Assembly: GCA_963728115.1 (NCBI GenBank) | Contig: CAVSJE010000004.1 | Coordinates: 30,982 to 94,981, forward strand | Source of the DNA: an uncultured Gemmatimonadaceae bacterium | GTDB lineage: Bacteria > Gemmatimonadota > Gemmatimonadetes > Gemmatimonadales > Gemmatimonadaceae | DNA length: 64,000 nt | Reading direction: 5' to 3' | Shown: one piece after another, positions 50,193-60,673 of the stretch | How the letters are laid out: every line of letters starts with the position of its first letter | Position numbering within the stretch: position 1 is the first letter of the stretch | Notes under the pieces: generated by a model | Databases searched by the model: none | What the model was told of the DNA's origin: nothing | The model's input: only the letters and a program-made list of their open reading frames with translations | Position numbers and translations under genes: made by a program

Positions 50193-52171
50193 GCGCGGCT
50201 GCCGGGCTGGCGCCCCTGGCCTCCCGGAACGACCCGTCGCCGCGCCCCCTCCGCATCGCGCTGGTCGGGAACCCGAATTGCGGCAAGAGCACGCTGTTCA
50301 ATGCGCTCACGGGACGCCGCCAGCGGGTGGCCAACTTCCCCGGCGTCACGGTGGAGCGCGCCGAGGGTGAGTACCGCACCGAGTCCGGGTCGGTGTCGGT
50401 CATCGATCTGCCGGGCACGTACAGCCTGTCCCCCGAATCGCCGGACGAGGCCATTGCCCTCGAGGTGCTGGAGGGCCGCGCCGCCGGCGTCCCCGCGCTC
50501 GACGTGATCGTGATCGTGGCGGACGCCGAGAACCTCGAGCGGAATCTCTTCCTGGCCACCGAGGTGCTGGAGCTGGGACGCCCCACCGTGATCGCGTTGA
50601 ACCGCGTGGACCGGTTGGAACGCGCCGGACTGCAAATCGACGTCGTGGAACTGATTCACGAGCTTGGCGTGGTGGTGGTGCCGGTGGTCGCGACGCGCGG
50701 CGAGGGGATCGACCGCCTGCGGCACGCCATCGACCGGGCAGCCGCCCTCCCCCGCACGGCGCTGCACCTCACCGGCGACGACGAGACGGGCGACGCCGAC
50801 CGCGATGCCCACCGGCGGTACCGGTGGATCTCCGAGGTCATGGATCGCACCGTGACGCGCCGTGGCCCGCGGGCGCAGTCGCTGAGCGACCGCGTGGACG
50901 CCGTCGTGCTCCACCGGGTGTGGGGACCGGTCATCTTCCTGGCGCTCATGCTGCTGGTCTTCCAGGCGATGTTCAGTTGGGCGCAGCCGCTGGCGAACGG
51001 CATCCAGGCAGCGGTGGGACTCACCGCCGGCGGGGTGCGTGCGCTCGTACCGCCGGGCCAGTTGCGGAGCCTGCTCGTGGATGGAGCGCTTGGCGGCGTC
51101 GGGAGCGTGCTCGTCTTCCTGCCGCAGATTGCCATCCTCTTCCTGTTCATCGGCCTCCTCGAGGATTCGGGATACATGGCGCGGGCGGCGTTCGTGATGG
51201 ACCGCTACATGCGGCCCCTGGGCCTGCACGGCAAGAGCTTCATCCCCCTGATCTCCGGCTACGCGTGCGCGGTGCCCGCCATCATGTCCACGCGCACCAT
51301 CCAGCATCCCAAGGAGCGGTTGGCCACCATCATGGTGGTGCCGCTCATGAGCTGCTCGGCGCGGCTGCCGGTGTACACGCTGCTCGTGGCGGCGTTCGTT
51401 CCCGCCGTCGCGGTCGGCGGGCTGTTCAGCCTGCAGGGGCTGACGATGCTCGGCATGTATCTGATGGGGACGGTCGCCGCGCTCGCGGCGGCGGCGGTAT
51501 TCCGCCGTACGCTTCTGCGCTCCGACACGCGCGCCCTGATCATCGAACTGCCGGCGTATTCCGTGCCGAGCCTGCGCGTGCTCCTCAACTCCGTGTGGCA
51601 GCGGGTGCGGCTGTTCCTGCGGCGCGCGGGCACCGTGATCTTCGCCATCTCCATTCTGCTCTGGGGGCTGGCCAGCTACCCCAAGCCGGCCGCGGCCCCC
51701 GGGCAGCGGATCACGCAGGAGCAGCAGCTCTCGCAGTCGGCCCTCGGCCGTCTGGGCCACGCCATCGAGCCGGCGGTGCGCCCCCTGGGCTACGACTGGA
51801 AGATCGGCGTCTCGATGGTGGCGTCGTTCGCCGCCCGCGAAGTGTTCGTGAGCACCATGGGGACCATCTACGGCGTGGGCCACGACGGGGACGATACGCA
51901 GGCCCTGGCCCAGCGCCTCCGCGAGGAACGCGACCCGGCCACCGGGCGGCTGGCCTACACGCCCCTCATCGCCATCGGCCTCATGGCGTTCTACGTCTTC
52001 GCCCTCATGTGCACCAGCACGATCACGATCACGCACAAGGAGACCGGCGGCGGCTGGCGGGGCGCCCGCTGGGCGGCCCTGCAGTTCACGTACATGCTGC
52101 TGCTCGCCTACGGCGTGGCGTTCCTGATCTATCACGGAGGCCTGGCGCTCGGCCTCGGAGGCGCGGCATGA
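50189..52171 (+). CDS. feoB: Ferrous iron transporter FeoB
   Basis: The ATG overlaps the feoA stop as ATGA. It has the G-domain motif ALVGNPNCGKSTLFNALTG and a polytopic C-terminal region. Confidence 0.95.
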   Translation: MSAAAGLAPLASRNDPSPRPLRIALVGNPNCGKSTLFNALTGRRQRVANFPGVTVERAEGEYRTESGSVSVIDLPGTYSLSPESPDEAIALEVLEGRAAGVPALDVIVIVADAENLERNLFLATEVLELGRPTVIALNRVDRLERAGLQIDVVELIHELGVVVVPVVATRGEGIDRLRHAIDRAAALPRTALHLTGDDETGDADRDAHRRYRWISEVMDRTVTRRGPRAQSLSDRVDAVVLHRVWGPVIFLALMLLVFQAMFSWAQPLANGIQAAVGLTAGGVRALVPPGQLRSLLVDGALGGVGSVLVFLPQIAILFLFIGLLEDSGYMARAAFVMDRYMRPLGLHGKSFIPLISGYACAVPAIMSTRTIQHPKERLATIMVVPLMSCSARLPVYTLLVAAFVPAVAVGGLFSLQGLTMLGMYLMGTVAALAAAAVFRRTLLRSDTRALIIELPAYSVPSLRVLLNSVWQRVRLFLRRAGTVIFAISILLWGLASYPKPAAAPGQRITQEQQLSQSALGRLGHAIEPAVRPLGYDWKIGVSMVASFAAREVFVSTMGTIYGVGHDGDDTQALAQRLREERDPATGRLAYTPLIAIGLMAFYVFALMCTSTITITHKETGGGWRGARWAALQFTYMLLLAYGVAFLIYHGGLALGLGGAA

Positions 52172-52317
52172 GCAACGCCGTCGTGCAGAACCTCCTCGTC
52201 GCCCTGGTCATGTGCGCGGCCGGCGGGTATCTGGCCCGCCGCGCCTGGGTACGCCTCCGGCGCGCCCGCGCGCCGCAGTCCGGTCCCTGCGGACCGAACT
52301 GCGGCTGCGACGGCTAG
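52168..52317 (+). CDS. FeoB-associated Cys-rich small membrane protein
   Basis: 49 aa: MSNAVVQNLLVALVMCAAGGYLARRAW...GPCGPNCGCDG. It overlaps the feoB stop as ATGA. Confidence 0.6.
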   Translation: MSNAVVQNLLVALVMCAAGGYLARRAWVRLRRARAPQSGPCGPNCGCDG

Positions 52318-53243
52318 GCCGGCTCGGGGCGGACGACCAGCAGCGCCCGCGGTCCACCGCGGAGCACCTTGTCGGCCACGCTCCCCATGACCAGACGCGA
52401 CATGCCGCGGCCGTGCGTGGTCATGGCGACGATGTCGGTGCCCTGGGCCGCGGCCGTTTCGAGAATCACCCGGGCGGGCGAGGCCTCGGTGCGGATTTCC
52501 GTCTGGATATCCAGCGTGGCGTGCTGGCGGCGCAGCTTGGTGGCCAGCGACGAAACGTACGACGCGGCGCGCTCCACAAGCGCCTCAGTGGCGTCCAGCG
52601 CGTACTCCTCGGGCGGTGCGTAGGTACCGGCGATCTCCAGCGCCGGCGTGAACGCGGGTGTGAACACCGGCTTCACCACCTCGAGCAACAGGACCTGGGC
52701 CTCGGTGAGTTCGGCGAGCGCCATCGCATGCGGCACGACCTGTTCCGAGTATCCCGACCCGTCCAGCGGCACCAGCATGCGATGGAAGACGCCAAGCGGT
52801 TCGAGGATCCCGTCCGGGGCTTCCTCGGGGCGCAACATCAACACCGGGCTCGACGTCTGTCGGATCACGCCGTCGGCCACGCTGCCCATCCAGGCACGGC
52901 TGAATCCCGTGCGGCCGTGCGTGGACATCACCAACAACGCGTCCTTCAGGTTGCGCACGAATTCGCAGATGGCGTGCGCCGGCGGCCCATCCACGATCTC
53001 CGTGCGCGGCGTCAGCCCGATCTCCCCGTGAATGCCTTGGGCGGTCCGGTCCAGATAATCCTCCGCCTCCTCGCGCATCGCCTGCTCCAGCACCACCTGA
53101 TCCCCCAGATCGTGGAGCATCAGTTGGTGCGCCCGCACGAGCACGACCTCCGCTCCAGCCCGCTCGGCAAGCATGGTGGCGGTGGCAATCGCGTGCTCGG
53201 CCAGTGGCGATCCATCCAGCGGCACTACAACGGTGCGAAACAT
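52314..53243 (-). CDS. Tandem universal stress protein (two UspA domains)
   Basis: 309 aa. Two repeats of the pattern ...VPLDGS..(S/A)E.....A..LA......V.LL.V... each end in G(S/M)VAD.V(I/L)R. Confidence 0.85.
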   Translation of the reverse strand: MFRTVVVPLDGSPLAEHAIATATMLAERAGAEVVLVRAHQLMLHDLGDQVVLEQAMREEAEDYLDRTAQGIHGEIGLTPRTEIVDGPPAHAICEFVRNLKDALLVMSTHGRTGFSRAWMGSVADGVIRQTSSPVLMLRPEEAPDGILEPLGVFHRMLVPLDGSGYSEQVVPHAMALAELTEAQVLLLEVVKPVFTPAFTPALEIAGTYAPPEEYALDATEALVERAASYVSSLATKLRRQHATLDIQTEIRTEASPARVILETAAAQGTDIVAMTTHGRGMSRLVMGSVADKVLRGGPRALLVVRPEPA

Positions 53244-53275
53244 GGGTCCCTCCTCCGCCCGCAGGCGGCCGTGTG

Positions 53276-53893
53276 TCAGGACCAGGGCTCGCGGAACTCC
53301 CGGTCGCGATTGAACACGTACGTCCTTCCACTCACCTTGCGCTCGGCCACGGCGCGCGCGATGTCGGACACAGTCACGATGCCGACCAGAGTCCCGTCAT
53401 CGACCACGAGCACGCGGTGAATGCCCGCGCGGTGCATCAACTCGGCCGCCTGCTCCACCGTGTCGTCCGGCCGCAGCGCCCAGAGCCGGCGGGTCATGAC
53501 CTCGCGCACCTCGTGCTCCTCGAGGGTGTTCCATTCGGGGCCATCCGCGCGCTCCATCCGCGCCGACACGTCGGCACCTGCGTCCTCCCACAGATCGGTG
53601 AAGAATTCCGCGGACGGATCGTTCTCCTCGTCGCTGCGATCGGGGAGCGGCAACTCGCTCCAGTCGCGCCACTCGGTGTCCTCGGCTTCCTCGCGTTCGC
53701 GCGGCACCCCGGGGTCGGAGGCGGCGAACCCGATCAGGTCGGCGGCCGACACCACGCCCACCACGCGGTCGCCCGCCAGCACCGGCGCGCCACTCACGTG
53801 CTGCCGCGCCAGCAACTCCATGGCGTCACGCAGCGTGGTCAGCGGCGTAACGGAGACGACGTCGGTCGTCATGATGTTGCGGAGCTTCAGCAT
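53276..53893 (-). CDS. CBS-domain pair protein
   Basis: The ATG at 53893 is preceded by GGAGGTGA. The sequences IMTTDVVSVTP...HVSGAPVL and VMTRRLWALRP...HRVLVVDDGTLVGIVT form two CBS domains. Confidence 0.85.
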   Translation of the reverse strand: MLKLRNIMTTDVVSVTPLTTLRDAMELLARQHVSGAPVLAGDRVVGVVSAADLIGFAASDPGVPREREEAEDTEWRDWSELPLPDRSDEENDPSAEFFTDLWEDAGADVSARMERADGPEWNTLEEHEVREVMTRRLWALRPDDTVEQAAELMHRAGIHRVLVVDDGTLVGIVTVSDIARAVAERKVSGRTYVFNRDREFREPWS

Positions 53894-54115
53894 GGTCACC
53901 TCCCGCCCTCTCGGGCCGAGTGCGGCGGGCCCCAACGCCCACCGGTGCGTATGGAAGATGCCCACGCCTCCGCGACGTCTCTGTCGGCAGGGACCCGCGA
54001 GTGTGTAGGGGATTGGCGGCAGGCCCGTCGCCGCCCGGCGCGCGTGAGCAACCGGCGCGCACGGCCGCAGCCGTAAACGATTGGCGGCCGGCCGGTCACC
54101 GCGTGCCGCGCGCCG

Positions 54116-54496
54116 TCAGTCTCCGGGCTCCGTGGGCCTGAACGAGAGGTCCCACGCCAGCCAGATGCAGCGCGTGAACGGGAAGGTGAGCACCGGCGCG
54201 AGCACGGCGAGCAGCGGACCGACCACCTCCAGCACCGTCCACGGGACGCCGGGAAACGTGACCACGATCAGGATGACCACCGTGCCCATGCTGAGCAGTT
54301 CGGCGGCGATGATGTTGAACATGAACCCGCCGTACCAGTAGTCCTCGCCCTCTCCCCGCTCCAGCGCCAGTGCGCAGGTGGGGCACGCCGGCCGCATGTG
54401 GAACCACGACCGGAACACGCCCCGGCCACCGCACCGCGGGCAGCGGAGCAAGAGGGCGCGGAGAAACGAGACGAAGACGCGGTTGCGCAGAGCCAT
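54116..54496 (-). CDS. DUF983-like small membrane protein with a CxxC...CxxC zinc ribbon
   Basis: MALRNRVFVSFLRALLLRCPRCGGRGVF...CPTCAL is followed by two TM helices. Confidence 0.6.
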   Translation of the reverse strand: MALRNRVFVSFLRALLLRCPRCGGRGVFRSWFHMRPACPTCALALERGEGEDYWYGGFMFNIIAAELLSMGTVVILIVVTFPGVPWTVLEVVGPLLAVLAPVLTFPFTRCIWLAWDLSFRPTEPGD

Positions 54497-54638
54497 GGGA
54501 AGCGGTTGAGGATGATTCGGTCTCGGTCGAACGCGGATCGGCGGAATCCGTTGCCGGCGGGCCCTCGACGGTGGCCCACCAACGGACGCCGGTGCGCGCT
54601 CAGTATCCGTTCCACACAATTTACGGTAAGATGAAGCG

Positions 54639-56081
54639 ATGATGTCCTCCGGCTCGCTTCAGCTCCTGATCGGCACCGTCCATCTCGTGCTGGCGATCGG
54701 CGTGACGGCCCACATCGTGCTCACCAAGCACGACCCGCGGGCCGCCATCGGCTGGATCGGCCTGGTGTGGCTCACGCCGGTGATCGGATCGGTCATGTAC
54801 GTCTTTCTGGGCGTGAACCGCATCCGGCGGCGGGCCGGCGAACTGCGCCGCGACCGCGTGGGCGCCGGCGCCAGCCCCACGGGATCGCACGCTCTCCCAC
54901 ATGTGGGCGCGCCCGCGGAGACGATTCCGGCGTCCTTTCGCCCGATGGCGGCATTGACGGGCCGCATCACCGGCGCCCCCCTGACGCACGGGAACACGGT
55001 GGATCCCCTGGTTGGGGGCGACGAGGGCTACCCGGCGATGCTCGAGGCGATCGACGGCGCGCAGCGCACCGTGGCGTTCGCCACCTACATCTTCGACCGC
55101 GGCGTGGTGGCGGACCGCTTCGTGGACTCCCTGGCCCGGGCCGTGCAGCGCGGCGTCGAGGTGCGCGTGCTCATCGACGGCGTGGGCGCGCGCTACAGCC
55201 GCCCGTCGATCGTCGGCTCCCTCCGCGGGCGAGGCATCCGGGTGGCGGAATTCCTCCCCTCCGCATTCCCCTTCTCGCACCCGTACTTCAACCTGCGGAA
55301 TCACCGCAAGTTGATGATCGTCGACGGGACGATTGGATTCTGTGGCGGGCTGAACATCCGCGACGCCTGCATGCTGTCGCTCCATCCCCCCAACGCCACG
55401 CAGGACGTGCACTTCAGATTCCGGGGCCCGGTGGTGCGCCAGTTGGCCGCCGCCTTCGCGTTCGACTGGCAGTATGCGGCCCGAGAATCCCTCGATCACG
55501 AGGTCTGGATTCCGCCCATCGAACCCGACGGTCCGGTGCTCGCCCGGGGCATCCCCGACGGGCCGGACGAGGACTTCGAGGCTCTCCTGTTCACCTTCCT
55601 GGGCGCGATCGCACAGGCCAAGGAGCGGATTCGCATCGTCACCCCGTATTTTCTCCCCGATCCGCCGATCATCGACGCGCTCAAGGTGGCGGCGCTGCGC
55701 GGCGTGTCGGTGGAGATCATCCTCCCCGAGCGCAGCAATCTGCGCACCGTGCAGTGGGCGCAGACGGCGCAGTTGGGCCGGGTGCTCCGCGGCGGGTGCG
55801 ACGTGTTCCTCACCCCACCACCCTTCGACCACTCCAAGCTGTTCACCGTAGACGGCACCTGGTCGCTCGTCGGGTCCACCAACTGGGACCCCCGCAGTCT
55901 GCGTCTCAACTTCGAATACGCCGTCGAATGCTACTGCGGGCAGTTCGCGTCGCGAATCGACGCGATGATCGACGCCAAACGGGCCGCCGCCCGCCCGTGC
56001 ACGATGGCCGACTGGCAGCGGCGCCGGCTCCCCGCCCGGCTGCGCGACGGACTGGTCTGGCTGGCGCAGCCGTACCTATGA
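54639..56081 (+). CDS. cls: Cardiolipin synthase (PLD superfamily)
   Basis: It has two N-terminal TM helices and two HKD motifs (NHRKLMIVDG and DHSKLFTVDG). Confidence 0.9.
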   Translation: MMSSGSLQLLIGTVHLVLAIGVTAHIVLTKHDPRAAIGWIGLVWLTPVIGSVMYVFLGVNRIRRRAGELRRDRVGAGASPTGSHALPHVGAPAETIPASFRPMAALTGRITGAPLTHGNTVDPLVGGDEGYPAMLEAIDGAQRTVAFATYIFDRGVVADRFVDSLARAVQRGVEVRVLIDGVGARYSRPSIVGSLRGRGIRVAEFLPSAFPFSHPYFNLRNHRKLMIVDGTIGFCGGLNIRDACMLSLHPPNATQDVHFRFRGPVVRQLAAAFAFDWQYAARESLDHEVWIPPIEPDGPVLARGIPDGPDEDFEALLFTFLGAIAQAKERIRIVTPYFLPDPPIIDALKVAALRGVSVEIILPERSNLRTVQWAQTAQLGRVLRGGCDVFLTPPPFDHSKLFTVDGTWSLVGSTNWDPRSLRLNFEYAVECYCGQFASRIDAMIDAKRAAARPCTMADWQRRRLPARLRDGLVWLAQPYL

Positions 56082-57616
56082 GCCATTCCGAGCGGACGGA
56101 TCGAACACCCGCCCCGGCCGCGGCGACGCCGCACGTGCTGGGACTGGACGTCGGCACGAGCGGCGTGAAGGCCCTGCTCGTGCGGCCGTCGGGCGAGGTG
56201 ACCGCCGCCGCCACGATGCCGCTCACCATCCAGACGCCGCATCCCGGATGGGCCGAGCAGGACCCGGTGGCCTGGTGGGAGGCCGTCGGCGGCGCGGTAC
56301 GCGCCGTGCTGGCCAGGGTGCCGGGCGCGTCCGTCGACGCGATCGGAATTTCCGGGCAGATGCATTCCTCGGTGTTCCTCGATGCGCGCGGCGAGGTGAT
56401 CCGCCCCGCCCTGCTCTGGTGCGACGGACGCACCACGGTCGAGTGCCGGGAGATTTCGGACCGCGTGGGCGGCGAGGACCGGCTCCGCGACCTGGTCTCC
56501 AATCCGGCCCTCGAAGGGTTCACGCTGCCCAAGGTGCTCTGGCTCCGCCGCCGCGAGCCATCGGCGTTCGCACGGCTGGCCAAGGTGCTGCTGCCCAAGG
56601 ACTACATCCGCTACCGCCTCACCGGCACGCTCGCCACGGAGCCGTCGGACGCGTCCGGCACCCTGATGTTCGACACGGCGCGGCGGCGGTGGAGCCCCGC
56701 CGTGCTCGACGCGCTCGAGCTGCCGCACTCGCTGCTGCCGGATGTCGGCGGTTCGGCGGAGATCCTCGGCCGGGTGACCGCGGAGGCCGCCGGATTCACG
56801 GGGCTCGCACCGGGCACCCCGGTCGTGGGCGGTGGCAGCGACAACGCGTGCGGGGCGGCCGGGGTCGGCGCCGTGGCCCCGGGCAATACCGTCGCGAGTT
56901 GGGGCACGTCGGGCACGGTGCTCGCCCCGATGAACGAGCCGCGCGTCGACCCGCGCCTGCGGGCCCACACCTTCTGCCACGTGGCCGACGACCGCTGGTA
57001 CCTGATCGGGGTCGTCCTCTCGGCGGGCAGTGCCTTTGCCTGGTACCGGGACCAGTTCGCGCGCGAATACGGGGATGCGACGGCGGCCAGTGAGGCGTTG
57101 CGGGATGAGGCGGCCGCGATCCCACCCGGCGCCGGCGGCGTGACCTTTCTGCCGTACCTGCAGGGCGAGCGCACGCCGCACCGGGACGCCGCGCTGCGCG
57201 GCGCGCTCCTGGGACTCAGTCTCGCCCATACACGGGCCCACGTTACGCGCGCCGTGCTGGAGGGCGTCGCGTTCGCGCTGCGCGACTCGGTGGAGATCCT
57301 CCGGGAACTCGGTCTGCCCCTGGGCGAGATGTTGCTCACCGGAGGGGGTGCCCGCCACGCCCTGCTGCGGCAGTTGCAGGCCGACGTATTCGGCCTGCCC
57401 GTGGTCACCGTGAATCGCGAGGAGGGATCGGCCTACGGCGCGGCCCTGCTCGCCATGGTCGGCGCCGGTGCCTACCCCGACCTCGACGCCGCGGCGCATG
57501 CCACGATCACGCGACAGGCACCCGAACTGCCGCAACCGGAGGCCCGGGACCGCTACGAAGAGCTCTTCGCCCGATTCCGGAGCGCCTACCTGCCGGGTGG
57601 CGTCCGTATTGCCTAG
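56078..57616 (+). CDS. xylB: Xylulokinase (FGGY carbohydrate kinase)
   Basis: The ATG overlaps the cls stop as ATGA. It has the motifs LGLDVGTSGVKALLV and GGGSDNACGAAGVG. Confidence 0.87.
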   Translation: MSHSERTDRTPAPAAATPHVLGLDVGTSGVKALLVRPSGEVTAAATMPLTIQTPHPGWAEQDPVAWWEAVGGAVRAVLARVPGASVDAIGISGQMHSSVFLDARGEVIRPALLWCDGRTTVECREISDRVGGEDRLRDLVSNPALEGFTLPKVLWLRRREPSAFARLAKVLLPKDYIRYRLTGTLATEPSDASGTLMFDTARRRWSPAVLDALELPHSLLPDVGGSAEILGRVTAEAAGFTGLAPGTPVVGGGSDNACGAAGVGAVAPGNTVASWGTSGTVLAPMNEPRVDPRLRAHTFCHVADDRWYLIGVVLSAGSAFAWYRDQFAREYGDATAASEALRDEAAAIPPGAGGVTFLPYLQGERTPHRDAALRGALLGLSLAHTRAHVTRAVLEGVAFALRDSVEILRELGLPLGEMLLTGGGARHALLRQLQADVFGLPVVTVNREEGSAYGAALLAMVGAGAYPDLDAAAHATITRQAPELPQPEARDRYEELFARFRSAYLPGGVRIA

Positions 57617-57652
57617 AATTGGGCGGGACCAGAAGCCGGAGAGCCGGAAGCT

Positions 57653-58390
57653 ATGACCGACGTATTCGAACCGGTGGCGAAGCGGGGCCTTGCCGATCGC
57701 CTGGCGTTCCGCATCCGGGAGCTGATCCGGGACCGGCCCTACGCGCAGGGCGACCGGCTCCCGGCGATCATGGAAATGGCCCGTCAATTCGGGGTCGGCC
57801 ATCCCACCATCCGCGAGGCGCTCAAGAAGCTCGAGACGATGGGGATCGTCGAGATCCGTCACGGCTCCGGCGTCTACGTGTCCCGTTGCGACGAAGTGCT
57901 GCTCGTGGCCGCCCCCGACTATGCCGGTGCGGTGACCAAGAAACTGCTGCTCGACCTCGTGCGCACCCGGCTGCCGCTGGAACTCGTGGCCGTGAGCGAC
58001 GCGGCGCGGAACGCCACACCGGCCCAGGTGGAGGAGATGCGTCGCATTCTCGAGGTGGTCGGGCGCGGTGGCGCCGATCCGGACGCGATGCGCATGACCA
58101 ACCTGGCTTTCCACCGCCAGATCGCGCTCGCCTCCGGCAATCGGGTGCTCGCGCAGCTGCTTGCCGTGCTCCACGACCTGTTCCCGCGCGAACAGAAGCT
58201 CGTGCTCGGCATCGGGGGATCGCGGGCCCGCGACCACGAGGAGCATCTGGCGATCCTTGCCGCCGTGGAACAGCGCGACGAGCCGCTCGCCGTGGACCGC
58301 ATGCGGAAGCACATGCGCGGCGTGGAACAGGCCGTCGAGCAGTGGGACCCGGAGCAATTTCCCGTCGCGGAACTGCGGGACGCCGGGTGA
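57653..58390 (+). CDS. GntR-family transcriptional regulator with FCD (FadR C-terminal) domain
   Basis: It has a winged HTH (LPAIMEMARQFGVGHPTIREALKKLETMGIVEIRHGSGVYV) and a helical C-terminal domain. Confidence 0.88.
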   Translation: MTDVFEPVAKRGLADRLAFRIRELIRDRPYAQGDRLPAIMEMARQFGVGHPTIREALKKLETMGIVEIRHGSGVYVSRCDEVLLVAAPDYAGAVTKKLLLDLVRTRLPLELVAVSDAARNATPAQVEEMRRILEVVGRGGADPDAMRMTNLAFHRQIALASGNRVLAQLLAVLHDLFPREQKLVLGIGGSRARDHEEHLAILAAVEQRDEPLAVDRMRKHMRGVEQAVEQWDPEQFPVAELRDAG

Positions 58391-60639
58391 ACCGGCGCGG
58401 CGGCACTCCGGGCCGCGCACCGGCGCGCGCGGTGACGATCGCCGGCACCTGTTGCGCCCTCGCCGTCGTCTTCGCCCCGCCGCTCCACGGTCAAACGCCC
58501 ACCCGCCAGCCCCAATACCTCGACGTGCGGCTGCCGTTCGCGACGCGCGCCGACGACCTCGTGGCGCAGATGACGCTGCCCGAGAAGATCTCACAGATGA
58601 TGAACGACGCGGCGGCGATTCCGCGGCTCGGCGTTCCCGCGTACGGGTGGTGGAACGAGGCCCTGCACGGCGTGGCGCGCGCCGGCCTCGCGACATCGTT
58701 CCCCCAGGCCATCGGCATGGCGGCCACCTGGGACACGGCCCTGGTCCACGACGAGGGGCGCGTGATTTCCAATGAGGCCCGCGGCAAGTACAACGATGCC
58801 GTCGCCCACGGGCGTCGCGCGAGCTACGAGGGCCTCACGTTCTGGTCGCCCAACATCAACATCTTCCGCGACCCCCGCTGGGGACGCGGCCAGGAAACCT
58901 ACGGCGAGGACCCGTTCCTCACCGCGCGCATCGCCGTCCAGTTCATCCGCGGCGTGCAGGGCGACGACCCGAAATATCTGCAGGCCGTCGCGACGGTGAA
59001 GCACTACGCGGTGCACAGCGGGCCCGAGCCGGGCCGCCACGTCTACAATGCCGTGGTCAGCGCCCGCGACCTGTACGAGACCTACCTGCCGCAGTTCCGC
59101 GCGGCGATCGAGGAGGGCGGCGCGTACTCGCTGATGTGCGCCTACAACGCGCTGTACGGGCACGCCGCCTGCGGCAGTTCCCTGCTCCTCGACAGCATCC
59201 TCCGGCGGCAGTGGCGATTCCCGGGCTACACGGTGTCCGACTGCGACGCCGTGAGCGACATCTACCGCACCCATCGGTTCGCGGCCAGCGCCGCGGCGGC
59301 GAGCGCGCGGGCGGTGGCGGCCGGCACCGATCTCGACTGCGGGCGTACGTACCGGGCGCTAGGCGCCGCCGTGGACTCGGGCTTCGTCTCCGAAGCCCGG
59401 ATCGATACGGCCGTCGACCGGCTGTTCCTCGCCCGCATGAAACTCGGCATGTTCGATCCGCCGGATTCGGTGCCCTGGTCGACGATGGGAATGGACGACG
59501 TCGACACGCCGGCCAACCGCGCCCTCGCCCTGCGCGCCGCGCGTGAGTCGATGGTGCTGCTCCGAAATCGCGATCACGCGCTGCCGCTCGAGAAGTCGCT
59601 GGGCACGATTGCCGTCATCGGCCCCAACGCCGACCGGGCCGAGGTGCTGCTGGGCAACTACAACGGCACGCCGGCCGACCCCGTGACGCCGCTGCGCGGC
59701 ATCCGCGACGCGGTCTCCCCGCAAACGCGCGTACTGTACGCGCCCGGGTCGGCGCTGGCTCCGGGACTGCCGGGAACCGCGGATACCCTCGCCGACTCGG
59801 TGCTGCTGGCGAACGCCGTGGACCTCGCGCGGCAGGCCGATGCCGTCGTGCTCGTCCTCGGGCTCACGGCGCGCATGGAAGGCGAGGAGATGCGGCTGCA
59901 CATCGACGGATTCGACGGCGGCGACCGGACCAAGCTCACGCTGCCCGATCCGCAGGAGGCCCTGCTGCAGCACATCGTCGCCCTCGGCAAGCCCACGGTG
60001 CTGGTGCTGCTCAACGGAAGCGCGCTCGCCATTCCGTGGGCCGACGATCACGTACCGGCCATCCTCGAAGCGTGGTACCCGGGCCAGGCCGGCGGCACCG
60101 CCATCGCCGAAACGCTATTCGGCGATTACAACCCGGGTGGGCGTCTGCCGATCACGTTCTACCGCAGCGTGAACGATCTGCCGCCGTTCGACAGCTACGA
60201 CATGGCGGGGCGAACCTATCGCTACTTCGACGGCCGGCCCCTGTATCCTTTCGGCTACGGTCTGAGCTACACCACGTTCGCGTATTCGGACCTGCGCACC
60301 AGCGCCGACTCGATCGGCGCCGGCGACACCGTGACCGTGCAGGTGGACGTGCGGAACACCGGCGCGCGGGCCGGCGACGAGGTGGTCCAACTGTACGTCC
60401 GGTACCCCGAATCGGTGGTCGCCCGCCCCAACGAGGATCTGCGCGGCTTCGCCCGCGTGTCGCTCGGCCCCGGCGAGATCCGCACCGTGCGGATGCGGCT
60501 GCCGGCCGCGGCGCTCGCGTACTGGAATCCGAACGCCGGGGCGTGGCGCCTGGAGACGACGCCGGTGGAACTCGCCGTCGGCGCCTCATCGGCGGACCTC
60601 CGCCTCCGGACGACGCTCCGGGTGACCGGGGGCAGGTAG
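58387..60639 (+). CDS. Secreted glycoside hydrolase family 3 (beta-glucosidase/beta-xylosidase type)
   Basis: A GTG start overlaps the regulator stop as GTGA. It has a signal peptide and the motifs TLPEKISQMMN, GWWNEALHGVAR, KHYAVHSGPE and SDCDAV. Confidence 0.9.
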   Translation: MNRRGGTPGRAPARAVTIAGTCCALAVVFAPPLHGQTPTRQPQYLDVRLPFATRADDLVAQMTLPEKISQMMNDAAAIPRLGVPAYGWWNEALHGVARAGLATSFPQAIGMAATWDTALVHDEGRVISNEARGKYNDAVAHGRRASYEGLTFWSPNINIFRDPRWGRGQETYGEDPFLTARIAVQFIRGVQGDDPKYLQAVATVKHYAVHSGPEPGRHVYNAVVSARDLYETYLPQFRAAIEEGGAYSLMCAYNALYGHAACGSSLLLDSILRRQWRFPGYTVSDCDAVSDIYRTHRFAASAAAASARAVAAGTDLDCGRTYRALGAAVDSGFVSEARIDTAVDRLFLARMKLGMFDPPDSVPWSTMGMDDVDTPANRALALRAARESMVLLRNRDHALPLEKSLGTIAVIGPNADRAEVLLGNYNGTPADPVTPLRGIRDAVSPQTRVLYAPGSALAPGLPGTADTLADSVLLANAVDLARQADAVVLVLGLTARMEGEEMRLHIDGFDGGDRTKLTLPDPQEALLQHIVALGKPTVLVLLNGSALAIPWADDHVPAILEAWYPGQAGGTAIAETLFGDYNPGGRLPITFYRSVNDLPPFDSYDMAGRTYRYFDGRPLYPFGYGLSYTTFAYSDLRTSADSIGAGDTVTVQVDVRNTGARAGDEVVQLYVRYPESVVARPNEDLRGFARVSLGPGEIRTVRMRLPAAALAYWNPNAGAWRLETTPVELAVGASSADLRLRTTLRVTGGR

Positions 60640-60673
60640 CGCTGCGCCCCCACCCCCGGCCCCCGATTGCCCG

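Noticed and set aside
56078-56081. The ATGA coupling of cardiolipin synthase to xylulokinase, considered as a functional link.
   Set aside because: Four-nucleotide overlaps are ubiquitous in this window, and the functions are unrelated. This probably reflects genome compaction only.
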